Assembly: GCA_945903645.1 (NCBI GenBank)
Contig: CAMDOM010000002.1
Location: 36,237 to 100,236 of the forward strand
DNA length: 64,000 nucleotides
Direction of reading: 5' to 3'
Source of the DNA: Chryseobacterium gleum
Lineage (GTDB): Bacteria > Bacteroidota > Bacteroidia > UBA10329
Shown here piece after piece: positions 37,304 through 49,131 of the stretch. The position numbers were made by a program, and so were the translations under genes. The notes under the pieces are model-generated. The model saw nothing but the letters and a program-made list of their open reading frames with translations, was not told where the DNA came from and made no database searches. Each line of letters opens with the position of its first letter. The first letter of the stretch is position 1.

Positions 37304-39217
37304 ATGAATTCAACTCCCGAAGCAATTCTGAAGCAATACTGGGGCTTTGATTCATTTCGACCAATCCAACGCGAAATAATTCAACAATCCTTAGATGGTA
37401 AGGATGTGCTAGCGCTGTTGCCCACTGGTGGAGGCAAGTCAATTTGTTTTCAAGTGCCAGCGCTTTGTTTAGAAGGTGTTTGTATCGTTGTTTCTCCGCT
37501 CATTGCCTTAATGAAAGACCAAGTTGCAAACCTCAATTCACGGGGGATTGCATCTATTGCGCTTCATTCTGGTTTGCGCTTTAATGAAATTGATGTTGCC
37601 TTAGACCAATGTGTTTATGGCAATATTAAATTTCTGTATCTCAGTCCCGAACGACTTAGAACCGAGATAGTCCAAGTGCGCATAAAGATGATGAAGGTGT
37701 GCCTTATTGCCGTAGATGAGGCGCATTGCATATCGCAATGGGGTTATGATTTCCGCCCTCCATATCTACAAATAGCAGAAATACGGAAGCTGCTGCCTAA
37801 AATTCCAGTTATAGCGCTGACTGCAACGGCTACCCCTGAAGTGATAAAGGATATTCAAGCTAAACTCAATTTCAAAAAAGAGAATGTGCTTCAGGCCAGT
37901 TTCAAAAGAGAGAATCTGGCCTACATGGTTTTTCGCGAGGAGGATTTAAAAGGGCGGCTTATGCGAATTTACCAGCGGATGCCGGGCTCTAGTGTTATCT
38001 ATGTTCGCAATAGGAAACGAACGCAAGAAATAGCTAAATTCTTAACCTCCCAAGGCGTTTCAGCAACATACTACCACGCTGGTCTTTCGGCAGATGAGCG
38101 AGATACCAGACAGGAATCTTGGATTAGTGGCAAGGCTCAAGTTATGGTGGCAACCAATGCATTTGGGATGGGCATTGACAAAGCAAACGTAAGAACTGTA
38201 ATTCATTTGGGATTTCCCGAGAGCTTAGAGGCCTATTTTCAAGAAGCAGGACGCGCTGGTCGTGATGGAGAAAAAAGCTACGCTGTGGCTTTGATTATGA
38301 ATGAAGACGTGAACAACTTGAGAGATAGATTGGAAAACATTTTTCCAACTCGAGAATATATAAGTATGGTTTACAATGCCTTGGGAAATTTCTTTCAATT
38401 GGCTAATGGATCAGGGTTGGAAGATTGGTTCGAATTCGACATTCGAGGATTTTGTGAGCGCTACACGTTAAAACCAAACGAAGTACTCCAATCCATTTCC
38501 TTTCTTGAAAAAGCCGACCATTTGATTATGTCGAGCCATAGTGATTTGCGTTCTACGCTGAGATTCACAATGAACTCAAATGAATTGTATGATCTAGAAG
38601 TCAGAAATCCACGCACTGCCCGAGTTACCAAGGTTTTGATTCGCAGCTATGCCCGATTGTTTGAGGATTATATTCCTATAAATGAAAAACAAATTGCAAA
38701 AAGATCAGGCTTCGATTTGAAAGAAACCGTAACAATTTTGCACAAACTGAACGCTGCAAAAGTGCTGGACTATAGGCCATCGAAGGGCTTGCCTAAAATC
38801 AATTTTGTAAACGGGCGATTGCCAAAATCGCAGCTACTCATCACAAAGGAATTGTACGAAAAGCGAAAATCGGCTATTTTAACCACACTAAGGGCTGCAA
38901 TTAATTACATGGAATCGCGCCTTATTTGCCGTAGCAGATTACTGCTTAGCTATTTTGGAGAATTGGAAACTCCACCCTGCGGACAATGTGATATTTGCAT
39001 TGGTACCAAAGGACAACAGGTTTCCACAGAGGACTTTCAAATCGTTAGAGAGCAAATCATTCCATTATTATTAACAGAAAAACCACTTGAACATGTGGTA
39101 AATGCAGTTCCTCGATTTTCAGAAAAACAACTACTTAAATGCATACAACTTCTAATGGACGATGGAGAAATTGAATATCTTCAAAACGGAAACTTGAAAG
39201 CTTTATCTCCAAACTGA
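37304..39217 (+). CDS. recQ: RecQ family ATP-dependent DNA helicase (RecQ2 type)
   Basis: PTGGGKS.CFQ, DEAHCISQWG.DFRP, TATA, QEAGRAGRDG, Zn site CR...CGQCDIC. Confidence 0.95.
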   Translation: MNSTPEAILKQYWGFDSFRPIQREIIQQSLDGKDVLALLPTGGGKSICFQVPALCLEGVCIVVSPLIALMKDQVANLNSRGIASIALHSGLRFNEIDVALDQCVYGNIKFLYLSPERLRTEIVQVRIKMMKVCLIAVDEAHCISQWGYDFRPPYLQIAEIRKLLPKIPVIALTATATPEVIKDIQAKLNFKKENVLQASFKRENLAYMVFREEDLKGRLMRIYQRMPGSSVIYVRNRKRTQEIAKFLTSQGVSATYYHAGLSADERDTRQESWISGKAQVMVATNAFGMGIDKANVRTVIHLGFPESLEAYFQEAGRAGRDGEKSYAVALIMNEDVNNLRDRLENIFPTREYISMVYNALGNFFQLANGSGLEDWFEFDIRGFCERYTLKPNEVLQSISFLEKADHLIMSSHSDLRSTLRFTMNSNELYDLEVRNPRTARVTKVLIRSYARLFEDYIPINEKQIAKRSGFDLKETVTILHKLNAAKVLDYRPSKGLPKINFVNGRLPKSQLLITKELYEKRKSAILTTLRAAINYMESRLICRSRLLLSYFGELETPPCGQCDICIGTKGQQVSTEDFQIVREQIIPLLLTEKPLEHVVNAVPRFSEKQLLKCIQLLMDDGEIEYLQNGNLKALSPN

Positions 39218-39229
39218 GAACTGTTGAGA

Positions 39230-40237
<1,008 letters not shown>

Positions 40238-40258
40238 TTAAAAGTTTGAGTGATATTC

Positions 40259-40292
40259 AAAAAAAAAGCCTTCCAAAGTTCGGAAGGCTTTT
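40259..40292. terminator. Rho-independent terminator after the M43 protease gene
   Basis: A9-GCCTTCC-aaagttc-GGAAGGC-TTTT. Confidence 0.8.
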
Positions 40293-40314
40293 CTTGACTT
40301 AACAGTAATTCGAC

Positions 40315-42504
40315 TTAATTCTTTACTATTTTCTTAACCAAAACACTGTCGTTTACGCCAATACGAACAAAATAGATTCCTGGAGCCTGTGCTGTCATAT
40401 CCACCTCAAAACGATGTGTGCCATGGCTCATTTGGCCCGCATGTAAGTCAACCACCTTGCGTCCCATTACATCTACCATAACCATTTCTACTTTAGACTC
40501 ATTTTCCAAGGTCATCAGTATAGTAGAAGAAGAGTTCGTAGGATTTGGAGCAATGCTCAAGTTGATTTCACGCTCTAATGAAGCTGCGCTAAGCGGTGCT
40601 CCTGAGATAGTTATATCATCAATATAGAAATTGTTAGATTGACCACCAGCAGTCCACTGAAACTTTACACGAACGTTATCACTTGATGCAGCACCTCCTA
40701 AGCTAATTTCAACATCTGACCAAATACTGCTAGGTGTTGGGAAATAGCTGGAGCTTGCAAGACCAGAATTCACCAATTCAAACTCAGTTAATGTTTCTCT
40801 TGGCGCACCCCAAGATTCACCGCAATCTGTAGAAACATAAACACGCAGTTGGTCAGCAGGAGTAGTATTCAGCGCTGCACCAGACCAACGGAACTTCAGT
40901 TTTGCATTAGGTACTGCACTTAAATTATAGGAAGGAGAAACAAACTCGTCTACACGACCTTCAATATTGTCATAGTTTAAGATACGAATGGATTCATTGC
41001 CTGTGCTTCCACCCCTAGGTGCAGAATAGAACTCCCACTTATTTTCATTTCCATCGTGGTTAAACACGCGGTAGTTTGACAGGAAATCTTCTTCTAACCA
41101 AAAGGTATCATAATAGCCCCAATCACTTTGAAATTGAGCTGTATTTGAGCTTACAACTACCATTCCTGGCATTACTTGGCTGTCTGAACCAACAGCATTA
41201 GAAACACCTAATATCACATCATAAACGCCTGGAGTATTATAGGTCACCGTTTCATTCATATCGCTAGATGTGGCTGGAGTCCCACCTGCAAATTGCCATG
41301 CATAAGTATCTACATCACCATTAAATGCATTTCCTCTAAAATCAACACGCTCACCTTCGCAAATCATAGCGGTGGTAGCATAAAAGCTGGTCTCATTGAA
41401 ATGAAACAACGCTTTTGGTGCACATTCTACGGATTCATAATCATAAGGATCAGCTGTACCAGTACCCACCAAATTTTCTTGAGAAACAGTAAAGGCACGA
41501 ACACCAGGAGAATCTGTATTGCCCTCCATAACAAAATCCATAATCTCTTTTTGACCCCATGTAAATTGATTCATACATGGATCTGATGAATAATCCATGT
41601 AATTGCTGAACATTTCACCATCAGGATTTTCCTCATCACATACCCCAAGATTGTAAGGTGTATTGTGATTAGGTTGCCCCACGTTACCACAAATTCCAAA
41701 GTTTGGTCCGAATGCCGTTGGGGTATCATCCACCAAATCGCTACCACAATCTTCATCACCCCAAACATGACGCAAACCCAACCAATGCCCTACTTCGTGA
41801 GTAGAAGTTCGCCCACCTTGGGAGGCCTGACCAATATTGCTAGCAATGACAACAATACCGTCAGTGGAAAGCGGACCACTTGCAGGAAACTGAGCATAAC
41901 CTAAAACTGTTCCAAGACTTCCAATAGCACCGATAGATTGAACCACCCAGATATTTAAATAACTATAAGAATTCCAATAACTTATAGCCTTAAATCCAGT
42001 CGGATCACGCACATCAACAGTATTATCTGTAAACACACGAATGATACCATCTGTGCAATTACCTAATGGGTCTTTTGTAGCCAAACGAAATTCAATATTA
42101 GAATTAGCAGCCTCATCTCTAAAGCGAACGGGAGTATTTACCGTGTCCGCATTCAAACGATTGTAATCATTATTCAACGTCTCAATTTGCTGATAGACTT
42201 TTAGATTGCTAATGTTTTCAGCTCCTCCTTTTTGAAGAATATGCACTACTACTGGAATAATTCTCTTTCCTCCTTCACGAATTACAGCCGTGTTTGGATT
42301 CTCGATATACCTTTTCAATCCTTCCTGATAAGACTCAAACTTCGCTAGGTTTTCAGGGTCTTTCAATTGCTCATGAAGAACATGATGCGAAATACACGGC
42401 TCACCTGTATGTGCATCGTGACCGATTTCATTTTGATTCTGTGCTTGAACAGCAGTTCCAGTTAGAAATGCCCCTGCTACAAAAAGATAATTTTTGAATT
42501 TCAT
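40315..42504 (-). CDS. M43 (pappalysin/ulilysin-like) zinc metalloprotease with PKD domain and T9SS type A CTD
   Basis: IPVVVH, HEVGHWLGLRH, DTP, Met-turn NYMDYS, PKD W.F.GG, CTD IAPNP...PGIYFV...KKIVK. Confidence 0.92.
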   Translation of the reverse strand: MKFKNYLFVAGAFLTGTAVQAQNQNEIGHDAHTGEPCISHHVLHEQLKDPENLAKFESYQEGLKRYIENPNTAVIREGGKRIIPVVVHILQKGGAENISNLKVYQQIETLNNDYNRLNADTVNTPVRFRDEAANSNIEFRLATKDPLGNCTDGIIRVFTDNTVDVRDPTGFKAISYWNSYSYLNIWVVQSIGAIGSLGTVLGYAQFPASGPLSTDGIVVIASNIGQASQGGRTSTHEVGHWLGLRHVWGDEDCGSDLVDDTPTAFGPNFGICGNVGQPNHNTPYNLGVCDEENPDGEMFSNYMDYSSDPCMNQFTWGQKEIMDFVMEGNTDSPGVRAFTVSQENLVGTGTADPYDYESVECAPKALFHFNETSFYATTAMICEGERVDFRGNAFNGDVDTYAWQFAGGTPATSSDMNETVTYNTPGVYDVILGVSNAVGSDSQVMPGMVVVSSNTAQFQSDWGYYDTFWLEEDFLSNYRVFNHDGNENKWEFYSAPRGGSTGNESIRILNYDNIEGRVDEFVSPSYNLSAVPNAKLKFRWSGAALNTTPADQLRVYVSTDCGESWGAPRETLTEFELVNSGLASSSYFPTPSSIWSDVEISLGGAASSDNVRVKFQWTAGGQSNNFYIDDITISGAPLSAASLEREINLSIAPNPTNSSSTILMTLENESKVEMVMVDVMGRKVVDLHAGQMSHGTHRFEVDMTAQAPGIYFVRIGVNDSVLVKKIVKN

Positions 42505-42560
42505 TGTGTTGATTTTATTAAAATGAGGCCGAAAACGAATGGACTTTTCCGACAGGCCGA

Positions 42561-42568
42561 CAAATATA
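42561..42568 (-). promoter_or_regulatory. -7 promoter element for M43 gene
   Basis: TATATTTG on minus strand. Confidence 0.55.
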
Positions 42569-42653
42569 AGAATAGAAAAATAGGATAAATGGAATTACCT
42601 ATGCTTATTTGCTACAAAAATTCGTCATTAATTACAGTTCTAAGACCCATAAT

Positions 42654-43514
42654 TTAGAACAAATGTTTCTCTGCATGGTAGGAGGAGCGCACCAAAGGGC
42701 CGCTTTCAACAAAGCGAAACCCCATCGCCAAACCGATGTTTTTATATTTGTCAAAAGTTTCGGGTGAAATAAACTCAACCACCGCCAAATGACCTTTGGT
42801 AGGTTGTAGATATTGTCCCAAGGTAAGTATGTCAACTCCCACAGAACGTAGGTCCTGCATGGTTTCCAGCACTTCATCCTCTGTTTCTCCCAATCCCAAC
42901 ATTACCCCAGATTTAGTCTTTAAACCTGCAGTTTTCAGTCGTTTTAAAAGTTCTAGACTTCTGTCGTATTTCGCTTGAATGCGCACTTGTTTGGTTAATC
43001 TGCGCACTGTTTCTAGGTTGTGAGACACTATTTCCGGTGCGACATCTATAATACGTTGCAGGTTTTCCCACTTCCCTTGAAAGTCAGGGATAAGTGTTTC
43101 CAAAGTAGTTCCTGGACTGTGTTTCCTGACAGCTCGAATTGTTGCAGCCCATATTTCTGAACCGCCATCAGTCAAATCATCTCGATCTACCGAGGTAATT
43201 ACTGCATGCTTTACCTCCATCAGTTTAATACTTTGTGCGACATTGAACGGCTCAGCAATATCCACTTCCTCGGGACGACCAGTACTTACCGCGCAAAACC
43301 CACACGATCGAGTACACACATTGCCCAAAATCATAAATGTAGCGGTTCCCGCTCCCCAGCATTCGCCCATATTGGGGCAATTTCCGCTTTCGCAAATAGT
43401 ATGCAGTTTGTGCTCGCTAACAAGCCCACGCACTTTTTGATACTCTTTTCCCGTGGGAAGTTTCACTCGAAGCCACTTGGGCTTTGGTGTTCTTACGATA
43501 GGTTGATCCTCCAT
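42654..43514 (-). CDS. lipA: Lipoyl synthase
   Basis: [32 protein letters not shown]. Confidence 0.98.
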   Translation of the reverse strand: MEDQPIVRTPKPKWLRVKLPTGKEYQKVRGLVSEHKLHTICESGNCPNMGECWGAGTATFMILGNVCTRSCGFCAVSTGRPEEVDIAEPFNVAQSIKLMEVKHAVITSVDRDDLTDGGSEIWAATIRAVRKHSPGTTLETLIPDFQGKWENLQRIIDVAPEIVSHNLETVRRLTKQVRIQAKYDRSLELLKRLKTAGLKTKSGVMLGLGETEDEVLETMQDLRSVGVDILTLGQYLQPTKGHLAVVEFISPETFDKYKNIGLAMGFRFVESGPLVRSSYHAEKHLF

Positions 43515-43521
43515 GCGCTAA

Positions 43522-44358
43522 TTACTCTTCTTTTCTATTCGCAAACTTTCGATACCAACGCGTCCCAAACTGTAAGCTGACGTAAAACGTAAGAAAATAT
43601 GGGTCATTTTTAATCTTAGCCATCATGGGCACGTCTTGAAAATAGTAGTCTATGATAATACCAGTTTCAATACTAGCTATGTTTTTCTGCTGTTTAGCAT
43701 AATCGAAGCTAAACCCAAACCGACCATAAATACCCGGCAGAAGGCGCATTTTATCTATTCCTTTGAACTCGGATGCACGCCCAAATATATTATCCACAAA
43801 GTGTTTTTCAGGGTCATAGCGTTCCGTAGTGATATATTCATAGGGAACCGAAGGGTAACCAATTTCCAAATAAATTGGCTTAGCCCAAGCCACCGAAAGT
43901 CCTCCAATATAGAGATATCGAATTTCAACTCCTTTATCAAATTTGGCATACATCACATTGTGGCGACCATAACCCAAGCGCGTCACTACAATCTGATTCA
44001 ACTCACCGTATATGTAGCTACTGGTGTTTTCGTAATATGGGTTTACAGAACGAAGCTCCTTCGTATGCTCCATACTAACGGCTTCCAATTCAAAAACACG
44101 TTTTCGCCTGAATGTTTTATTCTTGCTCCTACGAATAATGAGCCCCCAACCCTGAGAATGCAATACGCCACCACCTGTAAACTCCTGCTTGCGCAAGATT
44201 TGTGTATCTTCAAAACTTCGATTTTGGAGTTTTTCTGCAACTGAACCCTTGGGTGCAATGGGAATTAGGTCTTCATCGTCAGTCTGGGCAAACGAAATTG
44301 ACGCAACGCCAACAAAGACCAAAGTCGGAAAAAAGGCGTAAAATCGCTGCATCAACAT
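43522..44358 (-). CDS. Hypothetical exported protein, probable outer-membrane beta-barrel (start moved to 44358)
   Basis: Signal peptide; amphipathic strands; TAAATTTG promoter directly upstream of ATG 44358. Confidence 0.65.
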   Translation of the reverse strand: MLMQRFYAFFPTLVFVGVASISFAQTDDEDLIPIAPKGSVAEKLQNRSFEDTQILRKQEFTGGGVLHSQGWGLIIRRSKNKTFRRKRVFELEAVSMEHTKELRSVNPYYENTSSYIYGELNQIVVTRLGYGRHNVMYAKFDKGVEIRYLYIGGLSVAWAKPIYLEIGYPSVPYEYITTERYDPEKHFVDNIFGRASEFKGIDKMRLLPGIYGRFGFSFDYAKQQKNIASIETGIIIDYYFQDVPMMAKIKNDPYFLTFYVSLQFGTRWYRKFANRKEE

Positions 44359-44389
44359 TACCGCAAATTTACAATAGAAACGCAAGACC

Positions 44390-44809
44390 ATGCCAACAGC
44401 AATAGTAGTCTATACGGGAGAATTGAGCACAGATGCCGAGCATGCTTCTAGTGGAACGGTAATACGAACTGATGCACCTAGAGACAACCAAGGATTGGGA
44501 AGAACCTACTCTCCTACCGACCTATTAGCAACGGCTTTAGGAAGCTGTATGCTGACCATAATGGGCATTCGCGCAAGAACTGCGGGCATTGATATTTCGG
44601 GGACCAAAGCTTCGATAACCAAAATAATGGCCGACCAACCCAGACGCGTATCTGAGCTTGTTGTTGAAATAGAAGTTATGGATAGAAACTTATCGAAACA
44701 AGATAAGTCGGCATTGGAACATGCTGCGCTGCATTGCCCTGTAGCAAAAAGCCTAAGCGAACACTTAGTGCAAACAGTACGCTTTAGCTATACGCCTATT
44801 TTGAACTAA
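44390..44809 (+). CDS. OsmC family protein
   Basis: TDAP.DN.G, SPTDL.A.ALGSC, CPV..SL. Confidence 0.9.
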   Translation: MPTAIVVYTGELSTDAEHASSGTVIRTDAPRDNQGLGRTYSPTDLLATALGSCMLTIMGIRARTAGIDISGTKASITKIMADQPRRVSELVVEIEVMDRNLSKQDKSALEHAALHCPVAKSLSEHLVQTVRFSYTPILN

Positions 44810-44937
44810 GCATTCTCTGCATCAGCAGCAGGAACCTCTACCTTACCGTATGCTGGACAGCTTTCGCTTGAACGGCAAGAGCCAAAGGATAACACACCAA
44901 TTGCTAATACTACCAAAATAAGAACTGACTTTTTCAA
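44806..44937 (-). CDS. 43-aa lipoprotein with SC....CPAY motif (TTG start)
   Basis: MKKSVLILVVLAIGVLSFGSCRSSESCPAYGKVEVPAADAENA; lipobox FGSC. Confidence 0.7.
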   Translation of the reverse strand: MKKSVLILVVLAIGVLSFGSCRSSESCPAYGKVEVPAADAENA

Positions 44938-45113
44938 AACAAGAGGATTGAAGGTGGATAATTGAAATGCAAAACCGTTTGTTGAAATCAAAATTTAGCT
45001 TTCAAGATTAAAACAAAAGTAGCTGCAAGGTTGCTAATAACGGGAACCGCCTTGAAAGGTTCATTATAAGTTTTCAACATTGCGTGGTTAAATTTAGCCT
45101 TTCTTTTAAAGTA

Positions 45114-45797
45114 ATGGATAAAACGACTCTTCCTATTCATCAAAGTTGGAATAACCTCCTAAAGGAAGAATTTGAAGCGAAGTATTTTAATGAACTAATT
45201 GACTTCGTAAATAATGAACGTGCTCACTATCATGTATTTCCGTCTGAAAAGAACACGTTTGAGGCATTCAACAAAACTCCATTAGACACCGTGCGTGTGA
45301 TTATTTTGGGACAAGATCCTTACCACGGAATTGAACAGGCAAATGGATTATGTTTTTCTGTAAATGAGGGTGTTCGTCTCCCGCCTTCGCTTAAAAACAT
45401 TTTCAAGGAATTGAAAAACGACCTGAATTTTGAAGTTCCAAGAAGTGGGAATTTGGCAAAATGGTCAACACAAGGCGTTTTGTTACTCAATTCCACATTG
45501 ACTGTGAGGGCTCATGAGGCAGGTTCGCATCAGAAACATGGCTGGGAAACGCTTACAGATGCTGTGATTCAAAAGCTTTCGAACGAAAAAACAGGTTTAG
45601 TTTTCTTGCTTTGGGGCAATTTCGCGCAGCAAAAGGAAAATCTCATATCAAAAACGAAAGGGCATATAATTTTAAAAGCACCGCATCCTTCGCCTCTATC
45701 AGCACGTAAAGGTTTTTTTGGATGTGCTCACTTTTCTGCAACAAATGCGTTCTTACAAAGAATTGGGCGTAAGGAAATAGATTGGTCAATAGACTAA
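45114..45797 (+). CDS. ung: Uracil-DNA glycosylase
   Basis: GQDPYH, GLCFSV, PPSL.NI, GVLLLN, HPSPLS. Confidence 0.97.
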   Translation: MDKTTLPIHQSWNNLLKEEFEAKYFNELIDFVNNERAHYHVFPSEKNTFEAFNKTPLDTVRVIILGQDPYHGIEQANGLCFSVNEGVRLPPSLKNIFKELKNDLNFEVPRSGNLAKWSTQGVLLLNSTLTVRAHEAGSHQKHGWETLTDAVIQKLSNEKTGLVFLLWGNFAQQKENLISKTKGHIILKAPHPSPLSARKGFFGCAHFSATNAFLQRIGRKEIDWSID

Positions 45798-45821
45798 AGT
45801 AATTCTGCTGTTAAAATCATA

Positions 45822-47597
45822 TTGAAATTCACTCGAAATATAGGTTTGGCCCTACTCCTCTTCGTAGGAAGTGCGCTTTGTGGTCAATCAAATGCGATTG
45901 GTCAGAGAATATCCTATGGACTTAACGTAATTCAAGACAGCGCGGGAATTCCTGTTAAAAAGTTAAACCAGATTTTCAAACCAAAGGAAAGCTACCCTGA
46001 TTCAACACTGGTGCTACAAGCGATTGGCACATTGATAGATGAACTGCGTTTTAGAGGATATGCCCAAGCAAGCATTGATAGTTTGCACTGGAAAGATGGA
46101 ATTGGAACTGCATATCTCCACACGGGATTACCTTTAGTATTCAAGGAAATTTCTGCCGGAAATGTGCCCAATGAAGTATTAAGACGAAGCGGATTTAAGA
46201 ACAGACTCTATTTTGGAAAGAATTTTCGACCAATTCGGTTGGTTGCGCTAAAGCAAAAGCTAATTAAGTACTATGAAGACCGCGGCTTTCCATTTGCTGA
46301 GGTACAGCTCACAGATATGAAATTGCTGAACGACTCCATCTCAGCTAGCCTTTTCTTGGATGCTCATCAAGAGTTTCGAATTGATAGTATTGTGGTGAAA
46401 GGGAAGTCGAAAATCAAGGCTAATTATTTGAAGAATTACCTTGGAATTAAGACCAAGGACCGCTACAATGAAAGTAAAATTGGACTAATTTCTACCCGAC
46501 TTCGCGAGATTCCGTTTGTAAATGAAGCGAACAAACCGCAAGTGGTTTTTAATGAAGGGAAGGCGAGTATTTATGTGTTTTTAGATCGAAAACGCGCTAG
46601 CCAATTCGATGGTATTCTTGGGATTTTGCCTGATAATGAAAATCCAGGTGAGGTGCTCATTACAGGTGAAATTCAATTGAAATTACTAAGCGCATTTAAC
46701 CGAGGCGAACTCATCGATATTTCGTGGAGAAAGATGCAAGCGCGCACTCAAAATCTAAATATCCAGCTTTCCTATCCTTTCTTATTCAACACACCGTTCG
46801 GGTTGGACGGAACGTTTGAACTTTACAAGCGAGACTCATTATTCTTGACCCTCAAAGGCATCATTGGAATCCAATATCACTTGGTTGGAAACGACTACAT
46901 CAAGGTGTTTGCAGATATCCGGTCAACAGATATTCTTGCGCGTTCGTTACTACAATCGTCTCAATATTTAAGACCAGATAACGTGGATTCGCGCACGCAA
47001 CTCTATGGATTTGGCTATCGGATGCAGCGCCTTGACTATAGATTGAATCCTAGGAAAGGCTTTGACTTGTATGTTGAAGCTAGCGCTGGAACAAAAAAGA
47101 TACTGTTCGATTCGGAAATTGGAGAAGAGCGCTACTACGGTCTTCAAGAAAACTCATTTCAGTTGAATGCCACCCTAAATGCGGCTTACTTCATCCCCAT
47201 TCCGAATAGAAGTACCCTGAAAATTGGGGTGAAAGGTGGCATGATTCAAAATACGAATCTGTTTGAAAGCGAGATGTTTCGCATAGGTGGATTAAAAAGT
47301 CTACGTGGATTTGACGAAGAATCCATTTTCGCCAATCTGTATGCTGTAGGAACTATAGAATATCGATTCTTGCTCAACTTAGACAGCTACATTTTCATTT
47401 TTGCCGATGGCGCTTATTATGAAAATCGGGCCATCAATAGGCGGATTACGGATAGACCTATAGGATTTGGCCTTGGCATTTCGTTCAGCACTAAAATTGG
47501 AGTATTCTCCCTCACCTACGCTCTCGGCAAGCAATTCGGTAATCCAATAGATGCACGGGCTGGAAAAATTCACTTCGGAATTACCAGTTTTTTCTAA
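45822..47597 (+). CDS. Omp85 superfamily (BamA/TamA-like) POTRA + barrel protein
   Basis: POTRA Y..RGFPFAEV, lid motif RIGG..SLRGF.E, C-terminal IHFG...FF. Confidence 0.82.
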   Translation: MKFTRNIGLALLLFVGSALCGQSNAIGQRISYGLNVIQDSAGIPVKKLNQIFKPKESYPDSTLVLQAIGTLIDELRFRGYAQASIDSLHWKDGIGTAYLHTGLPLVFKEISAGNVPNEVLRRSGFKNRLYFGKNFRPIRLVALKQKLIKYYEDRGFPFAEVQLTDMKLLNDSISASLFLDAHQEFRIDSIVVKGKSKIKANYLKNYLGIKTKDRYNESKIGLISTRLREIPFVNEANKPQVVFNEGKASIYVFLDRKRASQFDGILGILPDNENPGEVLITGEIQLKLLSAFNRGELIDISWRKMQARTQNLNIQLSYPFLFNTPFGLDGTFELYKRDSLFLTLKGIIGIQYHLVGNDYIKVFADIRSTDILARSLLQSSQYLRPDNVDSRTQLYGFGYRMQRLDYRLNPRKGFDLYVEASAGTKKILFDSEIGEERYYGLQENSFQLNATLNAAYFIPIPNRSTLKIGVKGGMIQNTNLFESEMFRIGGLKSLRGFDEESIFANLYAVGTIEYRFLLNLDSYIFIFADGAYYENRAINRRITDRPIGFGLGISFSTKIGVFSLTYALGKQFGNPIDARAGKIHFGITSFF

Positions 47598-47599
47598 TT

Positions 47600-47637
47600 A
47601 AAAAAAGCCTCGAAAACAGAAGTTTCCGAGGCTTTTT
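47600..47637. terminator. Bidirectional terminator between convergent genes
   Basis: A7-GCCTCG.AAAC-agaa-GTTT.CGAGGC-T5. Confidence 0.8.
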
Positions 47638-47656
47638 AAAGAGAAATAAAGAACTA

Positions 47657-48319
47657 CTAACCGCCCATCATGGCACCCATAGTCTTTTGAAACTCTTCGA
47701 AAGTTTGTTTTTCATAACCATCAGGAATTACAAAAAGACTCTTATCAATAGATTCTTGCTTTACAGAACTTGCTGTAAGCTTCATTTTCATTGGTCCAGA
47801 TGCGATTGTGTATTCCAATGGGAATCCTTTTAAACCTTTGAATTCGCGGCTAGCACCGGCTGGAAGCTCTTCGGAATAGTAAAGTTCCATTTCCAATCCA
47901 CTTTCTGTTTTTATGATGGCTTTTTTGCAGTTGAAACCCGCAATTTGCTTCACATCGCCATCAATGTATTGAATGTCCAAATCTTTGGCTTTATCACCAC
48001 GCTGTTTCTCCATTTGGTCCGAGCTCATTTCTACTGCGGTTTTCTTTCCCATCATATCAAGTAGAAGGGTTCCTTGATTCTTTTTAGTATCGAAAATGGT
48101 GGCTTGCTTCATGCCCATTCCCATAGATTGCTCTGTTCTAGATTGATCACCTTTAATTTTTATAACGGTTTCGTCCGGAAGCATAGACTCAAAGGCAGCC
48201 ATTTCTGCTGGCAAATCTTTGTATTCGACCCCAAAAACAACGGTGCCTTCAAAACCTTTTTGTGCCATTGCGGGCGCGGCAGCCAAAAGAACAAGGGCTG
48301 CAAAAATCACTTTTTTCAT
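47657..48319 (-). CDS. DUF4412/GLPGLI-like exported protein
   Basis: Signal peptide, FEG.V, K.IAGFNCKKA, GLKGFPLEY, F.IPDGY. Confidence 0.75.
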   Translation of the reverse strand: MKKVIFAALVLLAAAPAMAQKGFEGTVVFGVEYKDLPAEMAAFESMLPDETVIKIKGDQSRTEQSMGMGMKQATIFDTKKNQGTLLLDMMGKKTAVEMSSDQMEKQRGDKAKDLDIQYIDGDVKQIAGFNCKKAIIKTESGLEMELYYSEELPAGASREFKGLKGFPLEYTIASGPMKMKLTASSVKQESIDKSLFVIPDGYEKQTFEEFQKTMGAMMGG

Positions 48320-48361
48320 GTGTTGGTTAGATTGGTTGGTGAATTGATTTCTTAGTTATGA

Positions 48362-49078
48362 TTACTGATTGCTTCCAAAAACGCGTTGCAACAAATCGCT
48401 TACTTGGTGCGATGCGTCATTTCGAATTTTTCCTTCTTCTTCTGCTACCATCACAAACAAACCATCTGTGGCTTTACTGGTTGTGTAGCCCGCCAAATCT
48501 GTACTTACTGGAGTAACGAACGGAATAGAATTGTAAGCATTTGTTAGTTGTGCCCATGCCGTTTGCGCTCCTACTGTTTCAAGAGAGGTTTCAATATGAG
48601 GTCTAAAAATGGCATTGATTTCAGCTTGAGTTGCCCCTTTTAAGTACATGGTTGCTGCATCATTTTCACCTTGAAGTATGCCTAGCGCATCAGTGATTGT
48701 TATTCCCGTAATCGCATCAACCAGGATTGGCGTGGCTTGTGTGGCTGCATCTTCTGCCGCACGGTTAAGTTTCAAGACTACGTTATCAATCAATGTTTGA
48801 CCACCAGGAATTACACCAACTGCAGCAATGATTGGCTCAGCTTCTGGCGGAAGTAGAATTTTAATAAGCTGATTGCCGAAATAGCCATTAAGTGCTGAAC
48901 CTCTAGCCACTGAGGTGTCTGTGCCTACTGTTAGCGCTTCTTTCAGACCCTCCGCAATTTCAGAGTCCGATAAATTTAGGTAGTCCAGCACTTCATCGCA
49001 GGAGTACAACCCCACACTGAGCGTCAAAAACATGATTACAAGTGCAGGGAATCCGAGGTTACGCATTTTAGTTTTCAT
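48362..49078 (-). CDS. DUF4197 family lipoprotein
   Basis: Lipobox LYSC; GLKEAL.VG, KI.LP, NRAAEDA, DGLF...EE.KIR, LL.RVFG. Confidence 0.88.
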   Translation of the reverse strand: MKTKMRNLGFPALVIMFLTLSVGLYSCDEVLDYLNLSDSEIAEGLKEALTVGTDTSVARGSALNGYFGNQLIKILLPPEAEPIIAAVGVIPGGQTLIDNVVLKLNRAAEDAATQATPILVDAITGITITDALGILQGENDAATMYLKGATQAEINAIFRPHIETSLETVGAQTAWAQLTNAYNSIPFVTPVSTDLAGYTTSKATDGLFVMVAEEEGKIRNDASHQVSDLLQRVFGSNQ

Positions 49079-49131
49079 GAGCTTAAATGATTAAAGATGA
49101 TTGATTTCTTGAGAACGTTTCGCTCTAGACA

